Shown piece after piece: positions 36,779 to 42,570 of a DNA stretch of 42,570 nt. This DNA is from Octopus bimaculoides (Eukaryota): assembly GCF_001194135.2 (NCBI RefSeq), contig NC_068990.1:52833769-52876338 (forward strand), in the 5' to 3' direction. How positions within the stretch are numbered: position 1 is the first letter of the stretch; every line of letters begins with the position of its first letter. Below the pieces are notes generated by a model. It made no database searches. It saw nothing but the letters and a program-made list of their open reading frames with translations, and was not told where the DNA came from. The position numbers were made by a program, and so were the translations under genes.

Positions 36779-37550
36779 CATCTAGTTCAAATCAGTAATG
36801 TGAAAAAGTTGCATAAGTGAGTTCTACATGAACTCAATGAAAATCAGAAGCAGCAACATTTGGAAGCCTGCATTATGGCACTAAAATGAATCATTTCTGA
36901 AGCGAATTGTAATGTGTGATGAGAAATGGATCCAATACAACAACTGTAAATGTTCAGAACAATGGTTGGACAAGCCACCAAAACACAGTTCAAAAAGCAA
37001 AATTCATCAAAAGAAGCTGATGGTGTGTTCGGTAGTCTGGCACAGTTGTGAGCCATAATGATATCATTAAACCTCACTCATCAATCACTGCTGAAGAATA
37101 CGGTAGCCAACTGGACCAAATGATGTAGAAACTTATAAAAAAACAGCCTAGATTAGTCAACAGATCCACTCCTATTTTATTGCAAGACTACGCCAGACTA
37201 CATATTGCACAAATGACATTGATGAAACTACAGGAGTTGGAAGTTCTCCATCATCCACCATACTCACCTGATCTTACCTCCACTGACTACCACTTCTTCC
37301 AGAATTTGGATGACTTTTTGATAGGAAAAAGTTTAATTCCGACAATGCTGTAAAACAGGCCTTCCAAGACTTTATTGACTCTAGATTGCCAAGCTTTTAC
37401 AGTTCTGGGCTGGACAAGCTACTGCTGAAATGGCAAAAGTATATTGACAATATGGGTGCATACTTTGATGAATAAAACTATTTCCTGCATTTATAAAATA
37501 TTAGGTTCTTTTTTTTCTTTTCTACAAATTTCATTCTTAACGACCTAATA
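36779..37550 (+). mobile_element. Mariner (Tc1/mariner) transposase relic, 5'-truncated, with a putative right end
   Basis: FLKRIVMCDEKWIQY, KIHQKKLMV, LLQDYAR, HPPYSPDLTSTDYHFF, GAYFDE*(37473-37475). The second and third catalytic D are 32 residues apart (D34D minus two codons). Ends ..cgacctaaTA. Confidence 0.9.
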
Positions 37551-37870
37551 CCATGTAATAATAATTAATGACTTGTGAAAAAAGTATTGTGATAGCTTTC
37601 TTTATAAAATATCCAAGAAAAATTACATAGATTGATTGAAATTACAATGTGGCAGTGATTAAAAACAAAGCAAAAGAACAGTTAACATGTGTAATGGTTA
37701 ATATAGTATTAATAAAGTTTGCAATATTTGTATAACATAGAATGGTTTCTCATTTGAAATAAGATATATGTAGATTGCTATTTTCTGATATCAAAAGTTA
37801 ATTGTATTGATCTGATATTAACCATTTGAGAAGTATTAGGAGAATTTACAGGAAAATGTCAATTTCATTT

Positions 37871-37901
<31 letters not shown>

Positions 37902-38810
37902 TTATTATAATAAGGAGTCAATGAATTCTGAAAGTGGAAGGTTAACAGCTGGATTATTGTTAGAAATTAGTGAAATGAAAACTGGGTACTGATAATCCTG
38001 TATATATTATCTGAAGTGTATATATATTTAGGAAGATGGTGACAATCTCGTTTGTCATCTAACAGAACTATCCATTAAACTAGAGATATACAGTCTAGTT
38101 TGTCATTAAACATGTATATAATATTATGTACTGTTTGAGTGCCATTAGATATTATGTAGAAAATGTTCTTGATTTGTAGAGGATTTAGTGTAAAAGTTTA
38201 GCATTTTTATACAGTATGTGTTATATGTCACTTGGAACTTATTAGGACTTGTTTCATAAACTTTTTACAAAATTTACTGAGCTAATTATAGATTTTTGTT
38301 GCTTAGAAACTTTTGGATTATGATGTTTCATCATTGTTTATCGTTACAAAATTATTGCTTCTTCATTGTTGATCTGTTGAAAGACATTGAAATAACTTTA
38401 GCTTATGTAATGAAGTATTATTTCTATTCTGTAAAAATGAATGTATGACTCACACATTGAAGAGGATCACTAAGGTATTTGAAAATACTTTTACTGGATC
38501 ATGAGCTATAAAATGTCCCAGTATTTTAATTACAAGTTTAGGCCATCTTTGGAGACAAATTATTTATAGCAGGAAACCATGTGCCATTTTATACACTTAT
38601 TTCTTAATTAAGTTTGGTCAGCAGGATTAAACTGAGAGACTTGACCAAGTTTAAGGAGAAGGATAAATGGTAATACATATTGTTTGAAATCAAACATACA
38701 AATTATTCCAATTTAACTCATTCTGTCAGCTAGCATTTATGGTATTATTCAGTTAAGTCCCTGTGACTTTTGAATTAACCCAGTGAATGAAACTTGTGAA
38801 GCAGACGACT

Positions 38811-38857
<47 letters not shown>

Positions 38858-38961
38858 AGAAAGAGTTTCTGTATATTGTAGGCTATACATAAAATGTGCA
38901 TATTTGAGATTCTTAAACACTTTTAGAAAGTGGTATCGTTCATATTCCTCATATCACAATA

Positions 38962-39360
38962 TACCGTATATACTCGACTATAAAACGCCCTCGCCTATAA
39001 GACGCACTCCTAACTTGAAAGGTTCAAATCGGGAATTTTATCATTGACCCGACTATAAGTCGCAGCGATTTCTTTGATGTTGGAGAGCAAAGTTCTATTA
39101 GGAATCACGCCGATATAGTTGTTGTTCAGTAACCGAGATTTCAGTAAGCAAAAGATGACTTGCAACTGTTATCCCATTAAGTCCATGCATTTTAGAAACC
39201 GTTGTTTGTAATGGAAAATTTTATCCTTTTCGGTTATTCCAAGTGTCGGAACTTCTGACGTGGCTTGTACCTAGAAAATATCCGAAGATTTTTTTATGGG
39301 ATGCGTTTATAAGTCGCACCCGCCAACTTTAGGTGAAAATTTCAAGGAAAAAAGTGCGAC
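38962..39360. mobile_element. pogo/Tc2-like non-autonomous DNA transposon relic, right TIR truncated
   Basis: TA-CCGTATATACTCGACTATAA at the left; repeated TATAAG(A/T)CGCA motifs; the right side stops at aaaaaagtgcgac, where the reverse motif would continue. Confidence 0.6.
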
Positions 39361-39489
39361 GGTCGTCATTTTAGCAAAACGATCGAAGGGCGATAATTCT
39401 AGTTGTAGTTCTCTCCCTTGAAATGTATTATTTAAATGTAAGCTGATTTTATTGCAAAAGCAATAAGCTGAGATGTGTAAGTAATCATA

Positions 39490-39775
39490 GATCAAGTCAT
39501 ATCAGATGTGGAGGCATTCGCCGTTGTAGCGCGGTTACTGCATACACCATTTGTCAGTATTTTCTCTGGTCATCATGGGCGACTTCACGAGCAGAGTCCC
39601 AGTCAGTCCTCATTTGCTCTTCATTTGCTGTGACCATATGGCATGTAGTCGGCCAACATAACCTGTCAGCACTGCCGGATCCTCAGTGAAGAGAACACGG
39701 TAGGCAGGGTCTAACTCGGAAAGTGGAGCAACATGTCCAAACCGTCTGAGCTGTTTGTTCATGGGGAGTCATGTA
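39490..39775 (-). mobile_element. 3' fragment of a third RTE-like LINE family
   Basis: Minus strand KQLRRFGHVAPLSELDPAYRVL..GRLHAIW resembles the RLRWFGHV..GRPR.TW region of RTEs. Confidence 0.7.
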
Positions 39776-39837
39776 TATTTTATTTATATTAAGACAGTGT
39801 TCCGAACTCGGTTAACCTCCAGTGTTTGACCAGAGCT

Positions 39838-40076
39838 AAAAAATGAAAAAGAAAAAAAAAAAAAAGTGTAATAAGTGTAAAACAACATGTAGTAAACGAA
39901 TATGAAAAAAAATGTGCGCTGGTGAACGGGAGTGGGGCGAGACGACTCGGAAAATTCACACCGGGAGTGTTCCGAGTCCTCTCACCACTTCCCCGTTCGT
40001 TGGCACAATTTTTTCTTCATATTCGTTTACTACACACTATTTTACACCTACTTTACTATTTTTTTTTTCAATTTTT
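39838..40076. repeat. ~115-bp imperfect inverted repeat with a 17-bp spacer (foldback element interior)
   Basis: 39838-39952 vs 39970-40076; shared tgtagtaaacgaatatgaa and gactcggaa. Confidence 0.85.
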
Positions 40077-40724
40077 CTTACGCAGGGTGGGTGGGGTGCA
40101 AACTCGGATAATTCACATGACCCAGTGACCTGACTTCGACCCCNNNNNNNNNNNNNNNNNNNNNNNNNNNNNNNNNNNNNNNNNNNNNNNNNNNNNNNNN
40201 NNNNNNNNNNNNNNNNNNNNNNNNNNNNNNNNNNNNNNNNNNNNNNNNNNNNNNNNNNNNNNNNNNNNNNNNNNNNNNNNNNNNNNNNNNNNNNNNNNNN
40301 NNNNNNNNNNNNNNNNNNNNNNNNNNNNNNNNNNNNNNNNNNNNNNNNNNNNNNNNNNNNNNNNNNNNNNNNNNNNNNNNNNNNNNNNNNNNNNNNNNNN
40401 NNNNNNNNNNNNNNNNNNNNNNNNNNNNNNNNNNNNNNNNNNNNNNNNNNNNNNNNNNNNNNNNNNNNNNNNNNNNNNNNNNNNNNNNNNNNNNNNNNNN
40501 NNNNNNNNNNNNNNNNNNNNNNNNNNNNNNNNNNNNNNNNNNNNNNNNNNNNNNNNNNNNNNNNNNNNNNNCAGGAGACCAAAGGTGGCATTTCAGAAGA
40601 AAAATTATCTATACTATAAACGAAAACGAAAACAAAAATTTGCACACAAAATTTTTTCTATTCTGTCTTCTGCATAACGGTATTAACAGAAACAATTGGA
40701 GCATAGATGTTTCTAAGCCATTGA

Positions 40725-40757
<33 letters not shown>

Positions 40758-41384
40758 TTTTCATTTATGTCTATTTGTATCTGACCATCTATCTTTCCTT
40801 TCATCTAAAACTGATGTTCCTTGAACTGTTTATGCAGAATTTTCATGTCTCCACTTTTCAATCATTTCTAAACAATTTATAAAGCAGCATCTTCTAATTT
40901 AATGTACCACTTCTACTTCTGTATTAAGTACCATTTGTCTTCGTTTGTAAACAAATCTCTAATCCACAGATACACTTTCATAGAACTGGATTGTCTCTGT
41001 AATTTTAAAGGATCATGAATGCTGGCTGACTGAGTGAGTTAAAGCTGCACATTTGTTTGGATTACCCAACCACTTATACACTAATGTTATAAGTAATTCA
41101 AATAGGTTGAACAGTGAATGAAAGTAAAAGCCCTAACCCTAATTAGCTGATGCTATATGACATTTTGTACACTATGACATTATATAAATATATTGGGAAA
41201 AATCCCTTTTATCCACTTCCTTAAAACAATAAAACCAAAACACACAAAAAAAACATTAAAGCAGTTATTCATTAAATTTTTCTATGACTTTTTTCCTGGA
41301 AACCTACAGATGAAACATTAGCTTATATATATGTATATATACTAATTTTAATACTATGCACAAGTCCTTGCGAATACCTACATA

Positions 41385-41708
41385 ACAGGTGCAGGCATGG
41401 CTGTGTAATAAAGAAGTTTACTTCCCATCCACTTGGTTCAGTTGCACAGTATAACATCTTGGGCAAGTATCTTCTATTGTAGTATTCGGTTGACCGAAGC
41501 CTTGTGAGTGGAATTGGTAGATGGAAACTGTGTAAGAGCATATTGTGTGTGTATTTGTCACTAACCACCACTTGACAACCAGTATTGTTTTGTTTATATC
41601 CCCATAACATTATCAGTTCAGCAAAATAATCAATAAAATAAGTAGCAGACTACGGTTGATTTGTTTGATAAAGCTTTTCAAGGCAGTATCCCAGCATGGC
41701 CACAGTCC
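41385..41708 (+). mobile_element. Degenerate tRNA-derived SINE (2213 family)
   Basis: ggtgcaggcatggctgtg..cttgggcaagtatcttct..gccttgtgagtggaattggtagatggaaactg..cccagcatggccacagtc. Confidence 0.75.
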
Positions 41709-42092
41709 ATATATATATATATATAAATTGAAAAGGTTAAGAGATTTCACATGAGTAAATTCACTGAGGCAGAACATATTTAGATTGATTCATGACAGAA
41801 CAATGAATTAATGGTTACTTCTGCTCTTGGGAATTGTAGATGGACAATTCTAAACCATATTGTCATTTTATTGATCCTCTTTGGAGAAAATAAATCTGTT
41901 TGAAAGGGAAGGAATTAATTTTTTGGCTGTTGTTTGAAAAAAGAATTTACTTGATATTTTAAGAATTATGTTTTTGTTTTTGTGAATCCACAGTCTTGTT
42001 ACCTTATTCCTGGCAGTGTAAGCCTTTTATTTAACTTTTTTGGTATAGCTTTAATATTATCTTAAACAAATTATAGGTGCAGGAGTGGCTGG

Positions 42093-42570
42093 GAGATTAT
42101 CCCACCCAAGAAGTGGTTAAATGATTTCAGGGAAAGAACGGTGGTGTTGCGGACCTACTCTAGGTTACTCGATACCATTACGGTCTTTCCCAAAATTGAA
42201 ATTGAAAAAGAGTTAGCAGAATATCTGCCAACTATTAAGTTTATGGCAAGGGGTGTAAAGTATGCGACTGTTTGTTTGCTATTTGACACCCCTGAGGTGG
42301 CTCGCAAGTTTGCGAGCCAGCCCTTAGAAGGGCAAAAAATTCTGTTTCTTCCCACATACTCATCATCATCATCATCATCGTTTAACGTCCGCTTTCCATG
42401 CTAGCATGGGTTGGACGATTTGACTGAGGACTGGGGGAAGAAATTAACTAGAGCTTGGATCTGTGGGCTGCCACCCGGTATAGAACCTGATTGGATAGAG
42501 GATACTATCCGACGGGGTCTGGGTGGCAGTGGAGCCAAGCTCTTAAATGTGAAAATTTTACCTACAGCTG
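42093..42570 (+). mobile_element. Fragment of a gag-like ORF1 (probably L1/Tx1-type LINE), interrupted by an RTE tail; continues off the right edge
   Basis: RTVVLRTYSRL..ATVCLLFDTPEVARKFASQPL..LFLPTY resumes as LGKKLTRAWICGLPPGIEPDWIEDTI after removing 42360-42430. Family assignment is from memory of similar ORF1s. Confidence 0.5.
42360..42434 (-). mobile_element. Young 5'-truncated RTE tail insertion
   Basis: (CAT)n-cgtttaacgtccgctttccatgctagcatgggttggacgatttgactgaggactgg, nearly identical to 5999-6060 in reverse. Confidence 0.92.

Noticed and set aside
40603-40640. tctatactataaa as a Helitron 5' end
   Set aside because: The motif is too short and AT-rich, and no matching hairpin-CTAG end was found downstream.

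Overview
AT-rich, microsatellite-dense animal genomic DNA with eight N-gaps (2533-2777, 6950-7494, 9837-9847, 18064-18073, 19135-19670, 28799-28898, 34669-35487, 40144-40571). The SINE/RTE repertoire resembles octopus repeats as I recall them (inference, not a database result). No host gene could be supported, so the window looks intronic or intergenic. It holds decayed mobile DNA: three RTE-clade LINE families (one near full length with an internal RT deletion), many tRNA-type SINEs, two degenerate Penelope-like elements (PLEs), a mariner relic, a pogo/Tc2-type relic, TTAA-flanked MITEs, a Helitron-type 3' end and an L1/Tx1-like ORF1 fragment. Two signals are invisible to the ORF track. (1) Six minimal type I hammerhead ribozyme motifs (3073-3196+, 3659-3740+, 28642-28740-, 29039-29085-, 30482-30587-, 30941-31046+), with different helix sequences but mostly palindromic stem III loops, lie in short elements next to (TA)n tracts, two of them with long inverted duplications. 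(2) A ~65-bp tandem array in the RTE 3' UTR has a conserved 25-nt core that can fold as a compact H-type pseudoknot. All folds and alignments were done by eye and need computational confirmation.
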